Positions 8,541 through 17,986 of a DNA stretch of 31,297 nucleotides are shown here, piece by piece. The notes beneath the pieces were generated by a model. The model made no database searches. It saw nothing but the letters and a program-made list of their open reading frames with translations, and was not told the DNA's origin. Position numbers and translations under genes: made by a program. Positions within the stretch are counted from its first letter, which is position 1. Each line of letters opens with the position of its first letter. This stretch comes from Planctomycetia bacterium (GTDB lineage: Bacteria; Planctomycetota; Phycisphaerae; Phycisphaerales; SM1A02). The stretch covers positions 1 through 31,297 of the forward strand of contig SYIB01000062.1 of NCBI GenBank assembly GCA_005798965.1, written 5' to 3'.

Positions 8541-8572
8541 CACCCCCGGTCCGCGCACCGGGTGTGTTTCTC
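8541..8572 (+). terminator. Probable intrinsic terminator of thrS
   Basis: CACCCCCGGT-CCGCGC-ACCGGGTGTG stem-loop followed by TTTCTC, about 30 nt after the thrS stop. Confidence 0.55.
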
Positions 8573-8603
8573 CCGCCGCAACCGCGGAATTCACGGTGTC
8601 TGC

Positions 8604-8632
8604 TTGTGCCGGGCCGGATCTTGGGCTAGTGT
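8604..8632 (+). promoter_or_regulatory. Putative sigma70 promoter for the infC leader transcript
   Basis: TTGTGC (8604-8609), a 17-nt spacer, then TAGTGT (8627-8632), just downstream of the thrS terminator. Confidence 0.4.
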
Positions 8633-8648
8633 CCGCACGGCGCCTCGT

Positions 8649-8823
8649 GGCGTCGCTTCCCCATGCAGCGGACCATCGCCGAATGATGACTTCCCCCACT
8701 CGCGTCCTCCCATGAGGCCGTCGCGAGCGAGCATGGACATCCTCCACCCACGCAGTGGAAACCTGACATCAGGTTCACGGTTGCTGTCAGCGCGCCGTGG
8801 CCATTCCCGTCCGAGCTGACGCC
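8649..8823 (+). ncRNA. Candidate structured RNA (infC leader or 6S-like RNA); family unassigned
   Basis: Nested long-range pairings GGCGTC/GACGCC, GCT/AGC, CGGAC/GTCCG and GAATG/CATTC enclose internal hairpins CTCGCG/CGCGAG, TGGA/TCCA, CCAC/GTGG and AACCTG/CAGGTT. The fold ends 1 nt before the infC SD. Folded by eye only. Confidence 0.35.
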
Positions 8824-8835
8824 CAGGAGCCTCCC

Positions 8836-9528
8836 ATCAGCCAGTTCCCGCCTCGCCGTCCTCCCTTCCAGCGCGACTTCGCCCCCGCCGGCCCGCGCAT
8901 CAATGACCGCATCCGCATCAGCCCGATCCGCCTGATCGACGAGCACGGCACCATGATCGGCGTCGTCGAGACCGACGAGGCCAAGCGCATGGCCCAGGAG
9001 GCCGGCCTCGACTTGGTCGAGATCGCCGCCGATGTGCGCCCACCGGTTTGCAAGATCATGGACTTCGGCAAGTTCAAGTACGAGCAGGCCAAGACCGAGA
9101 AGAAGAACCGCCAGAACTCCAAGGGCGGCGAACTCAAGGAAGTCCGGCTCGGGCGCAGCATGAAGATCGGCGTGCACGACGTCGAGCTTCGCGTGCGACA
9201 GGCCCGGGCATTCCTCATCGAAGGCAACAAGGTCCAGATCGTGCAGAGCTTCCGCGGCGCGCGTGAACTCGCGCACCGCGAGATCGGTGACCAGCTCATC
9301 AGGCAGGTCATCAACGCCCTGCTTGAGGTGGCGCGCCTCGACATGTCGCCCCGCATGGCTGGTCGCCGGCAGTCGGCGATCCTCTCGCCCGACCGCACCA
9401 AGATCGACACCTACAAGCGCAAGATGGCTGCTGCCGGCCAGAAGATCGAGGGCTCCAAGGAGCTCCCGCCGCAGGAACCCGAAAGCGCTGACGACGGGCC
9501 TGACGAGGGCAGCGATCACGCCGAGTGA
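8836..9528 (+). CDS. infC: Translation initiation factor IF-3, probable non-canonical ATC start
   Basis: 'RINDRIRISPIRLID', 'GLDLVEIA..VRPPVCKIMDFGKFKYE', 'LKEVRL', 'FLIEGNKV'. SD AGGAG (8825-8829) lies 6 nt before an in-frame ATC at 8836. The ORF-track GTG at 8797 lacks an SD. Confidence 0.93.
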   Translation: MSQFPPRRPPFQRDFAPAGPRINDRIRISPIRLIDEHGTMIGVVETDEAKRMAQEAGLDLVEIAADVRPPVCKIMDFGKFKYEQAKTEKKNRQNSKGGELKEVRLGRSMKIGVHDVELRVRQARAFLIEGNKVQIVQSFRGARELAHREIGDQLIRQVINALLEVARLDMSPRMAGRRQSAILSPDRTKIDTYKRKMAAAGQKIEGSKELPPQEPESADDGPDEGSDHAE

Positions 9529-9561
9529 TCCGCAGCATCGCTCGCACGCGAGCACCGCACG

Positions 9562-9587
9562 ACCGCGCCGACTCGGCGCGGTTTTTT
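9562..9587 (+). terminator. Intrinsic terminator after infC
   Basis: ACCGCGCCG-ACT-CGGCGCGGT perfect 9-bp stem followed by a T run (9582-9587). Confidence 0.85.
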
Positions 9588-9588
9588 C

Positions 9589-9632
9589 ATGCAATCGCTT
9601 GCATAGTATGCAGAAGGCTGTATATTCATCCA
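9589..9632 (+). promoter_or_regulatory. arg operon promoter with overlapping ARG-box-like operators
   Basis: AT-rich island directly upstream of argR. Palindromes ATGCAA-N4-TTGCAT (9589-9604), TGCATAGTATGCA (9600-9612) and TGTAT-ATTC-ATCCA (9619-9632). -35/-10-like TTGCAT (9599-9604), N16, TATATT (9621-9626). Confidence 0.6.
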
Positions 9633-9639
9633 CTTCCCC

Positions 9640-10107
9640 ATGGCTGCCACCAAGGTCCAACGTCATCGTGCCATCGCCCGCCTCATCGCCGGCGCCGAGC
9701 TGCACAGCCAGCACGAGCTGCAGCGCGAGCTCGCTGCCCAGGGCATTCGCACCACGCAAGCCACGCTCTCGCGTGACCTTGCGGAACTCGGGGTGCTCAA
9801 GGGCGCCGGCGGCTATCGGCTGCAGGGTGGCGCCCCCGAGCCCTCGGTCGATGCGCTCGATGCCCTTGCGCGGCGGCTCCTGGCCGGCGTCGAACAGGCC
9901 GGGAACCTCGTGGTGCTCCACACGCCGCCGGGCCAAGCCAGCGCGCTGGCGCTCCAACTTGACCGATCGAGCATGCGCGGCGTCGTCGGCACCATCGCCG
10001 GCGATGACTGCGTCTTCGTGGCCACGCGCACGGCATCGAACGCCAAGGAACTCGTACGTCGGCTGACCGTCGCCGCCTCGCCCGCCCGCCGCAAGGCCAC
10101 GGCCTGA
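9640..10107 (+). CDS. argR: Arginine repressor
   Basis: wHTH 'SQHELQRELAAQGIRTTQATLSRDL', C-terminal 'NLVVLHTPPGQA' and 'VVGTIAGDD'. Confidence 0.96.
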   Translation: MAATKVQRHRAIARLIAGAELHSQHELQRELAAQGIRTTQATLSRDLAELGVLKGAGGYRLQGGAPEPSVDALDALARRLLAGVEQAGNLVVLHTPPGQASALALQLDRSSMRGVVGTIAGDDCVFVATRTASNAKELVRRLTVAASPARRKATA

Positions 10108-10135
10108 GCGGCCGGCCGCGCCTTCCCCCACCACC

Positions 10136-11200
10136 ATGACCACGCCCACCCTTCCCGTTGCCGTTGTCGGTGCCGCTGGCTACAGCGGAGCCGAGCTCGT
10201 CGCCATGCTGGCTGCGCACCCCGAGGTGTCGGTCGTTGGGGTCTATGGCTCGGGCTCGCGCGCCGGCAACGAAGCGCTGTCGAGCGTGCATCCACGCCTC
10301 CGCGGTGTGGCCGACCTGCCCATCGAGGCGGCCGATCCGTCCGCCATCATCGCCTCGGGCGCCAAGGCGGTTTTTCTCTGCACTCCACACGAAGCAAGCG
10401 AGGCCTTGGCCCCGGCGCTGCTCGATGCTGGCCTCGCTGTGCTGGATCTCTCGGCATCCTTCCGCCTGCGCGATCCCGCGCTCTACCCCGCGCACTACGG
10501 CTTCGAGCATCGCCATCCTGACTTGCTGGCGACTGCGGTCTATGGCCTCGCGGAGCTCAGACGGAATGATCTGATCGGTGCGCAGCTCATCGCCGTGCCC
10601 GGCTGCTATCCGACCAGCGTCATCCTCCCGGTGCGACCGCTCGTCGATGCTGGTCTCGTCCTGCCCGATCGTGTGATCGTCGACAGCGCCAGCGGTGTCA
10701 GCGGTGCAGGCCGAACCGCCGCCGTCAAGAGCCTGTTCTGCGAGGTCTCGATGCAACCCTACGGCGTGCTCTCGCACCGCCACCAACCTGAGATGGCGCA
10801 GGAAACCGGCGCCGATGTGCTGTTCACGCCCCATCTGGGCTGCTGGGACCGCGGCATCCTCTCCACGATCCATGCGGACCTTGCGCCGGGCACCACCGTC
10901 GATGCCTGCCGCCAAGCGCTCACCGATCGCTACGCGGCCAGTGCCTTTGTGCGAGTGCTGCCCGAGGGGTCGTGGCCCAGCGTGGCGGGCGTCGAGCGGA
11001 CGAACTTCTGCGACATCGGGCTTGGTGGCTGCGATCGCCGCGGCCACCTGGTCATCGTGAGTGCCATCGACAACCTGGTCAAGGGCGCGGCTGGCCAGGC
11101 GCTGCAGTGCATGAACCTCCGCTTCGGCTTCCCCGAGTCCATGGGCCTTGGCCTTTCCCGTCACGCCAACGCAAGCACCAACGCCGGAGCCTTGGCGTGA
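10136..11200 (+). CDS. argC: N-acetyl-gamma-glutamyl-phosphate reductase
   Basis: 'VVGAAGYSGAEL', catalytic 'VPGCYPT', 'SGVSGAGR', 'SAIDNLVKGAAGQALQCMN'. Confidence 0.98.
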   Translation: MTTPTLPVAVVGAAGYSGAELVAMLAAHPEVSVVGVYGSGSRAGNEALSSVHPRLRGVADLPIEAADPSAIIASGAKAVFLCTPHEASEALAPALLDAGLAVLDLSASFRLRDPALYPAHYGFEHRHPDLLATAVYGLAELRRNDLIGAQLIAVPGCYPTSVILPVRPLVDAGLVLPDRVIVDSASGVSGAGRTAAVKSLFCEVSMQPYGVLSHRHQPEMAQETGADVLFTPHLGCWDRGILSTIHADLAPGTTVDACRQALTDRYAASAFVRVLPEGSWPSVAGVERTNFCDIGLGGCDRRGHLVIVSAIDNLVKGAAGQALQCMNLRFGFPESMGLGLSRHANASTNAGALA

Positions 11201-12006
11201 GCGCACCCTTCGTCATCAAGCTCGGCGGCGCGCTGATGGACAGCCCCTCCGCGCTCACGCCGATCTGCCAGCAGATTGCCGCCATGCACGCGTCGCAGCC
11301 CGGCTGCGTGGTCGTCGTGCATGGTGGGGGCAAGGCCGTCGATCGCCAGCTCGCCGCACTTGGCATGCCGACCGAGCGGCGCGATGGCATCCGCATCACG
11401 CCGCCCGAACAGGTGCTGCAGATCAGTGGCGTCCTGAGCGGCCAGGTCAATGCCCAGCTCGTCGCCAGCATGATCGCCGCCGGGGTGCGCGCCTGCGGGC
11501 TTCGACTCTCCGATGCCGGTCTTGCAGCGTGCACCCGGGCCACGCACCTGGGCTTCGATCCCGGCTGCGTCGGCTCGGTCCACGCCGGTGACCCAAGCGG
11601 CATTCGTGCACTGCTGGGCGCGGGCGTGCTGCCGGTCGTCAGCAGCATCGGCACGAGTGCAGCGGGCGAACTGCTCAACGTCAACGCCGACGATGCCGCC
11701 GCCGCGGTCGCCTCGATCCTCCGTGCTCGCGGGCTGGTGTTCCTCACCGATGTGCCAGGCGTGCTTGCTGCCGGCCACGGCATCATCCCGGAGCTCGATG
11801 CCGCAACGATCGATCGGCTCGTCACCGATGGCACGATCACCGGCGGCATGATTCCCAAGGTCCGCGGTGCGCTCGAAACCGCCGCAGCCACTGGCGTGGC
11901 GGTCACGATCGCCGGCTGGGCCGACCCCGCCATCCTGTCGAACTTGCTCTCCGGTGGCGTCGCCGGGACCCGCATCGCCGCACCATCCGAGCTGCCCTGC
12001 CCATGA
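11197..12006 (+). CDS. argB: Acetylglutamate kinase (short type without N-terminal helix)
   Basis: GTG 11197 overlaps the argC stop (GTGA) and has SD GGAG. 'FVIKLGG', 'VVHGGG', 'NVNADDAAAAVA', 'LTDVPGV', 'ITGGMIPKV'. Confidence 0.96.
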   Translation: MSAPFVIKLGGALMDSPSALTPICQQIAAMHASQPGCVVVVHGGGKAVDRQLAALGMPTERRDGIRITPPEQVLQISGVLSGQVNAQLVASMIAAGVRACGLRLSDAGLAACTRATHLGFDPGCVGSVHAGDPSGIRALLGAGVLPVVSSIGTSAAGELLNVNADDAAAAVASILRARGLVFLTDVPGVLAAGHGIIPELDAATIDRLVTDGTITGGMIPKVRGALETAAATGVAVTIAGWADPAILSNLLSGGVAGTRIAAPSELPCP

Positions 12007-13025
12007 CCAAGCTTGCCACCACGCCGGCGGCACACCCGGCCACCGCTTCCACGCAGCGCCCCTTGGCCACGCGCCACCTCACCTGCGTGCACGACCTTGC
12101 CCAGCACGAGGTCCACGGCCTGCTCGCACTTGCCGCGCGCATCAAGCGCAATCCTGCTGCCTGGTCGACGGCCTTTCGTGGCATGGCGCTTGCGCTCGCG
12201 TTCGAGAAGCCCTCGCTGCGCACCCGCGCGTCGTTCGAAGTCGGTTTCCAGCTCATGGGGGGCAGCGTGGTCTTCATGGACCAGCGCGATTCGCCCATCG
12301 GCCAGCGCGAGGCGCTGAGCGACTGGGCCCGCAGCATGGAGCGCTGGTTCGATGCTCTCGTGGTGCGCACGATGTTGCACAGCACGGTCGAGGCCCTCAC
12401 GGCATGGTCCTCGATCCCGGTCGTCAATGCCCTCAGCAATCTGCATCACCCGTGCCAGGCCATGGCTGACCTGCTCACCCTGGCCGAGCGATTCGGCTCG
12501 GCGGCGATTCCCCATGTGGCTTGGGTGGGCGATGGCAACAACGTCTGTCACTCGCTGATGGAAGGCATCGCGACCGTCGGCGGCAGGCTCACGGTCATCA
12601 CGCCGCGGGGCCTCGCCCCATCGGCCGACATCGTGCGTGCGGTGCAGGCTCGATGCATGCGTACCGGCGCATCGATCCGGTTCACGCACGACCTCGATGC
12701 GGTGTCGGGCGCGAGCGCCATCTACACGGACACCTGGATCAGCATGGGGGAAGCCGATGCGGAACCCAAGCGTGCTGCGCTTCGGCCGTATCAGGTGAAT
12801 GCCGCACTGATGGCCAAGGCGGCGCCCGGTGCGGCGTTCATGCACTGCCTCCCCGCCCACCGCGGCGAAGAAGTCTCCGACGATGTGATCGATGCCCCCA
12901 CCTCGGTCGTCTTCGACCAAGCCGAGAATCGCATGCACGTGCAGTGCGCCATCCTGCTTGCACTGCTGCGCCCTGACCTCGTCGAGCTGCCCACCGCATT
13001 CGTGCCCAGCAATCTCTCGGCCTGA
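12003..13025 (+). CDS. argF: Ornithine carbamoyltransferase
   Basis: 'FEKPSLRTR', 'HHPCQAMAD', 'WVGDGNNV', 'YTDTWISMG', 'FMHCLPAHRG', 'DQAENRMH'. Confidence 0.96.
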   Translation: MTKLATTPAAHPATASTQRPLATRHLTCVHDLAQHEVHGLLALAARIKRNPAAWSTAFRGMALALAFEKPSLRTRASFEVGFQLMGGSVVFMDQRDSPIGQREALSDWARSMERWFDALVVRTMLHSTVEALTAWSSIPVVNALSNLHHPCQAMADLLTLAERFGSAAIPHVAWVGDGNNVCHSLMEGIATVGGRLTVITPRGLAPSADIVRAVQARCMRTGASIRFTHDLDAVSGASAIYTDTWISMGEADAEPKRAALRPYQVNAALMAKAAPGAAFMHCLPAHRGEEVSDDVIDAPTSVVFDQAENRMHVQCAILLALLRPDLVELPTAFVPSNLSA

Positions 13026-13082
13026 ACCGTTTCCCAACCGACCGCCATCCCTGACCCGTACCTTCCAAGGAAAGCACCGACC

Positions 13083-14314
<1,232 letters not shown>

Positions 14315-14318
<4 letters not shown>

Positions 14319-16207
14319 CAGCGCTCTGGGCCGGCCGCGCCAGCGGCGAAGTGGATCCTCTCTTCAAGCGCTTCAACGACAGCCTGCCTTTCGACCGCAG
14401 GCTCGTGCGCGAGGACATCGAGGGCAGCATCGCCTGGGCTCGCGCACTCAAGCATGGTGGCGTCCTCGATGCGACCGAGCTCACGCGTGTGACCGAGGGT
14501 CTCGAAGCGGTCCTCGAGCTCGTGGAGTCCGATCCCTCGTCGATCGAGTCCGCGCAGGACGAGGATGTGCACTCGTTCGTCGAGCGCGAGCTCGTCGCCC
14601 GCATCGGTGATCTGGGCAAGAAGCTCCACAAGGGCCGCAGCCTCAACGATCAGGTAGCAACCGACCTTCGCCTCTGGACGCTCGCCGAGATCGAGCAGCG
14701 CCGCATTGAGATCGACGGCGCCATCGAGGCGCTGCTGCGGCTGGCCGAGCGCGAGAAGGAGACGGTCTTCCCCGGCTACACGCACCTGCAGCGTGCGCAG
14801 CCGCTCCTCTTCGCCCACTGGTGCCTGGCCTACGTCGAGAAGCTTTCGCGCGACAGTGATCGCCTCGCCGATGCCGCGCGCCGCACGGCGGTCTGTCCGC
14901 TCGGCTCGGGTGCGCTCGCGGGGACCACCTACCCGATCGATCGCGTGCGTCTGGCCGAGAGCCTTGGTTTCCAAGCCGCCAGCGCCAACAGCCTCGATGC
15001 GGTCAGCGACCGCGACTTCGTCGTCGAGACGATCGCTGCGTGCACGCTCTGCGCGGTGCATCTCTCGCGCTTTGCCGAGGACGTGATCTTCTATGCCAGC
15101 GCCGAGGCAGGCTTCGTGGAGCTCAGTGATGCCGTCACCAGCGGCAGCAGCCTGATGCCGCAGAAGAAGAACCCCGACGCGCTCGAACTCATCCGCGGCA
15201 AGACCGGCCGCCAGATCGGCAACCTCGTCACGATCCTCACGGTCCTCACGGGGCTGCCGCTGGCCTACAACGAGGATCAGCAGGAGGACAAGGAGCCGCT
15301 CTTCGACTGCATGGAGCACCTCTCCATGTGCCTGCGCATGACAGCCATCGTCCTCGATGGCATGACCATCAATCGCGAGCGCTGCCGCGCTGCCGCACTC
15401 GGCGGCTACTCCAACGCCACCGAACTCGCCGACTACCTCGTCGCCAAGGGGCTCCCCTTCCGTGATGCCCATCACGTCGCCGGGCGGCTCGTGCGCAAGG
15501 CGATCATCGAGCAGAAGCCGCTCGAGGGCCTGAGCGTCGAGCAGATGTCGAGCGAGGACTCGCGCATCGGCTCCGACGTGTACACGGCGCTCACGGTCGA
15601 CAGTGCCCTGCGCAAGCGTGATGTGCCCGGTGGCACGGCACCCAGCCGCGTCGCCGAGCTCCTGGGTGCACGCAAGGCGCGGTTGGGCCATCGACGCGTA
15701 CGCACGCCCATGGGCGGTGTCACGATCCGCAAGGCACGCATGGCGGATCTTGACGGCATCGTGTCGCTCGTGGAGCACTGGGCCCGCGAAGGCGAAAATC
15801 TGCCGCGCTCCCGCGACGAGATCATGGAATGCGTGCAGGAGTTCGCCGTTGCCCAACTGGCCGATGGATCAACCGACAAGGTCGTCGGGTGCGGCTCGCT
15901 CTGGGTGTACACGCCACAGCTGGCCGAGATCCGCAGCCTGGGCATCGACCCATCCATGCTCGGGCACGGCATCGGCCAGAAGCTCGTGCAGTACTTCCTC
16001 GACTGGGCAGCGAAGCTCGGGCTGCAGAAGGTCTTCGTGCTCACCCGTACGCCACGGTTCTTCGAGCGCTGCGGCTTCCGGCAAGTGAGCGTGAACAGCC
16101 TTCCTGAGAAGGTGCTCAAGGACTGCGCCAACTGCCCGAAGAAGGAACAGTGCGACGAGATCGCGATGGTGTTCGAGCTCGCCGCTCCCGCCACCGCCAA
16201 CACCTGA
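14315..16207 (+). CDS. argH: Argininosuccinate lyase fused to a C-terminal GNAT amino-acid N-acetyltransferase, ArgH(A)
   Basis: Residues 1-465 are a lyase ('PGYTHLQRAQP', 'TSGSSLMPQKKNPD'). Residues ~466-630 (from 15710) are a short ArgA-type GNAT ('ENLPR', 'LAEIRSLG', 'KVFVLTR', 'LPEKVLKDCANCP...CDE'). Several normally invariant lyase residues are substituted (see findings). Confidence 0.93.
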
Positions 16208-16227
16208 ACCCTGCGGAGTTCCCTGCC

Positions 16228-17433
16228 ATGACCACCACCGCAAGCGCACCGCGTCGATCATCGGCCGGCCCAGCCGACCTCCCCCTGCCCTTGGGCTTTG
16301 CCTGCGCAGGGATCGCGGTTGGCATCAAGAAGTCGGGTGCGCCCGACCTGGGCTTGCTGTTGTGCGCCAAGGGCGCCGTGGCCGCGGCCATGTTCACGCG
16401 CAACCTCGTGGCCGCCGCACCCATCCAGGTGTCCCGCACGAACCTGGCGCGCAGCCGAGGACATTGCACCGCCCTGCTGGTCAACTCCGGCTGCGCCAAT
16501 GCCGCCACTGGCCCACACGGATTGGCAGCCTGCCAGGAGACGATCGACGCCCTCGCGCGACTCAGTGACTGCGCCCCCGAGGCCGTGCTCGTGAACTCCA
16601 CCGGAGTGATCGGTGTGCTGCTCCCAAGCGATCGGATCGTCTCGGCGCTGCCTGCGCTGTTGGCGGGTCTCACGACCGAGTCGTGCGCGCCCTTCGCCAC
16701 GGCGATCATGACGACCGATACCCGCGCCAAGGCATGCACGCGGACCGTCGGCAACGTCCGCGTGACCGGTGTGGCCAAGGGCGCGGGCATGATCCACCCC
16801 GATATGGCCACCATGATCGTGGCCATCACCACCGACGCAGCCGTCGATGCCCCCACGCTCGATCGAATCCTGCGCCGCAGCGTCGATCGCAGCTTCCACC
16901 GCATCAGCGTCGACGGCGATACGAGCACCAACGACAGCGTCTTCGCTCTCGCCAGCGGCCAGGCCGGCGCCTGCGACGAAGCGCTGCTGCAGACCGCCTT
17001 CGATGAGGTCTGCACCGACCTCGCCCTGAAGGTCGTGCAGGATGGCGAGGGCTTCGAGCGAGGCATCAAAGTCACGGTGACCGGCGCTGCCACGCCCGCG
17101 GCTGCGCTGCAGGTTGCGCGCACCGTGGCCATGAGCCTGCTCGTGCGTACTGCAGTGACCGGTGGTGATCCCAACTGGGGCCGCATCCTGGCCGCGGCGG
17201 GTCGCGCCGGCGTGCCGTTCAATGTCGAGGAACTTCGTGTAGGCGCCAACGGCGTGCCGCTCTTCGAGGGTGGTGCCCCTGCCGACAGCGCCATCACCAG
17301 CCGCCGCGCGGCGTTCACCGCCGACATCGTGCACATCACGATCGACCTGGGCCAAGGTGCATGCAGCGATGTCTTCTACAGTTGCGGCCTGACCAAGCGC
17401 TACGTCGAGATCAACGCCGACTACACCACCTGA
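16228..17433 (+). CDS. argJ: Ornithine acetyltransferase ArgJ
   Basis: ATG 16228 with SD GGAG. 'NSGCANAATG', 'STGVIG', 'IMTTDT', autoproteolysis motif 'KGAGMIHPDMATM', 'ISVDGDTSTND', 'GGDPNWGRI', 'YVEINADYTT'. Confidence 0.97.
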   Translation: MTTTASAPRRSSAGPADLPLPLGFACAGIAVGIKKSGAPDLGLLLCAKGAVAAAMFTRNLVAAAPIQVSRTNLARSRGHCTALLVNSGCANAATGPHGLAACQETIDALARLSDCAPEAVLVNSTGVIGVLLPSDRIVSALPALLAGLTTESCAPFATAIMTTDTRAKACTRTVGNVRVTGVAKGAGMIHPDMATMIVAITTDAAVDAPTLDRILRRSVDRSFHRISVDGDTSTNDSVFALASGQAGACDEALLQTAFDEVCTDLALKVVQDGEGFERGIKVTVTGAATPAAALQVARTVAMSLLVRTAVTGGDPNWGRILAAAGRAGVPFNVEELRVGANGVPLFEGGAPADSAITSRRAAFTADIVHITIDLGQGACSDVFYSCGLTKRYVEINADYTT

Positions 17434-17945
17434 GCACGCGTGCGCAGTGCCATGAGTGCCGGTCGCCAGGCCTCCGGCACGATCGGCAGCATGGCGGCAG
17501 CAACAGGATCAAGCTCGCTCGCGGGGCGCGAGCTGCGCCACACGCCGTGCTCGTGGAAGGCGAGCGCCACCATCGCCACATATCGCACGATGCCAGCCAC
17601 GCGCAGCAAGGGCGGCCAGTCCGCCCGGACAGGCCCATCGGGACCGTGGCGCGCAGCGTCGATGCGATCCAGCGATGCAAGGGTGCCCGGTTGCGGCAAT
17701 ACCTCCAAGAGATCGATGGCCAACGTGCCTGCGCCGGATCCGGCAAGCCACTGACGGACAAGGACATCGGCGGGCAACCGTTCGCCAAGCAGTGCCGCGT
17801 ACAGCGCAGCGCAGCGGGTGCGCTCGCTGCTTGCCGCATCGCTCGTGCGGATCGCGGGCTCACGCACTCCGCGTTCATGGAACACGGGAGCATCGCGGCG
17901 ATCGGCGCCGTCGGGGGCAGCATCAGCTGGAGGCAGTGCGCTCAT
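17421..17945 (-). CDS. Hypothetical alpha-helical protein cotranscribed with the ECF sigma factor
   Basis: 174-aa ORF with SD AGGAG (10-nt spacer), 41 nt after the sigma stop. Its 3' end overlaps argJ convergently by 13 nt. No recognisable family. Confidence 0.65.
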   Translation of the reverse strand: MSALPPADAAPDGADRRDAPVFHERGVREPAIRTSDAASSERTRCAALYAALLGERLPADVLVRQWLAGSGAGTLAIDLLEVLPQPGTLASLDRIDAARHGPDGPVRADWPPLLRVAGIVRYVAMVALAFHEHGVWRSSRPASELDPVAAAMLPIVPEAWRPALMALRTRAQVV

Positions 17946-17986
17946 GGCTCAGGAACTCCTGACTCCAAGCATCGTGGTTCCAAGAC

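Noticed and set aside
8509-8715. 68-aa ORF coupled to the thrS stop (TGATG)
   Set aside because: It runs through the terminator hairpin and the putative promoter, and has no protein-like features.
8759-8780. AACCTGA..CAGGTT resembling part of a TPP riboswitch
   Set aside because: The CUGAGA and other TPP core motifs are absent, and the gene context is unrelated.
9589-9606. Possible arg attenuator leader peptide (MQSLA*)
   Set aside because: No Arg codons, no SD, and no downstream terminator/antiterminator; better explained as operator DNA.
12003-13025. ArgF as an N-acetyl- or N-succinylornithine carbamoyltransferase because of the SLRT motif
   Set aside because: It retains DTWISMG and HCLPAHRG, typical of true OTCases, and lacks the HCLPxRR/SWG features of ArgF'.
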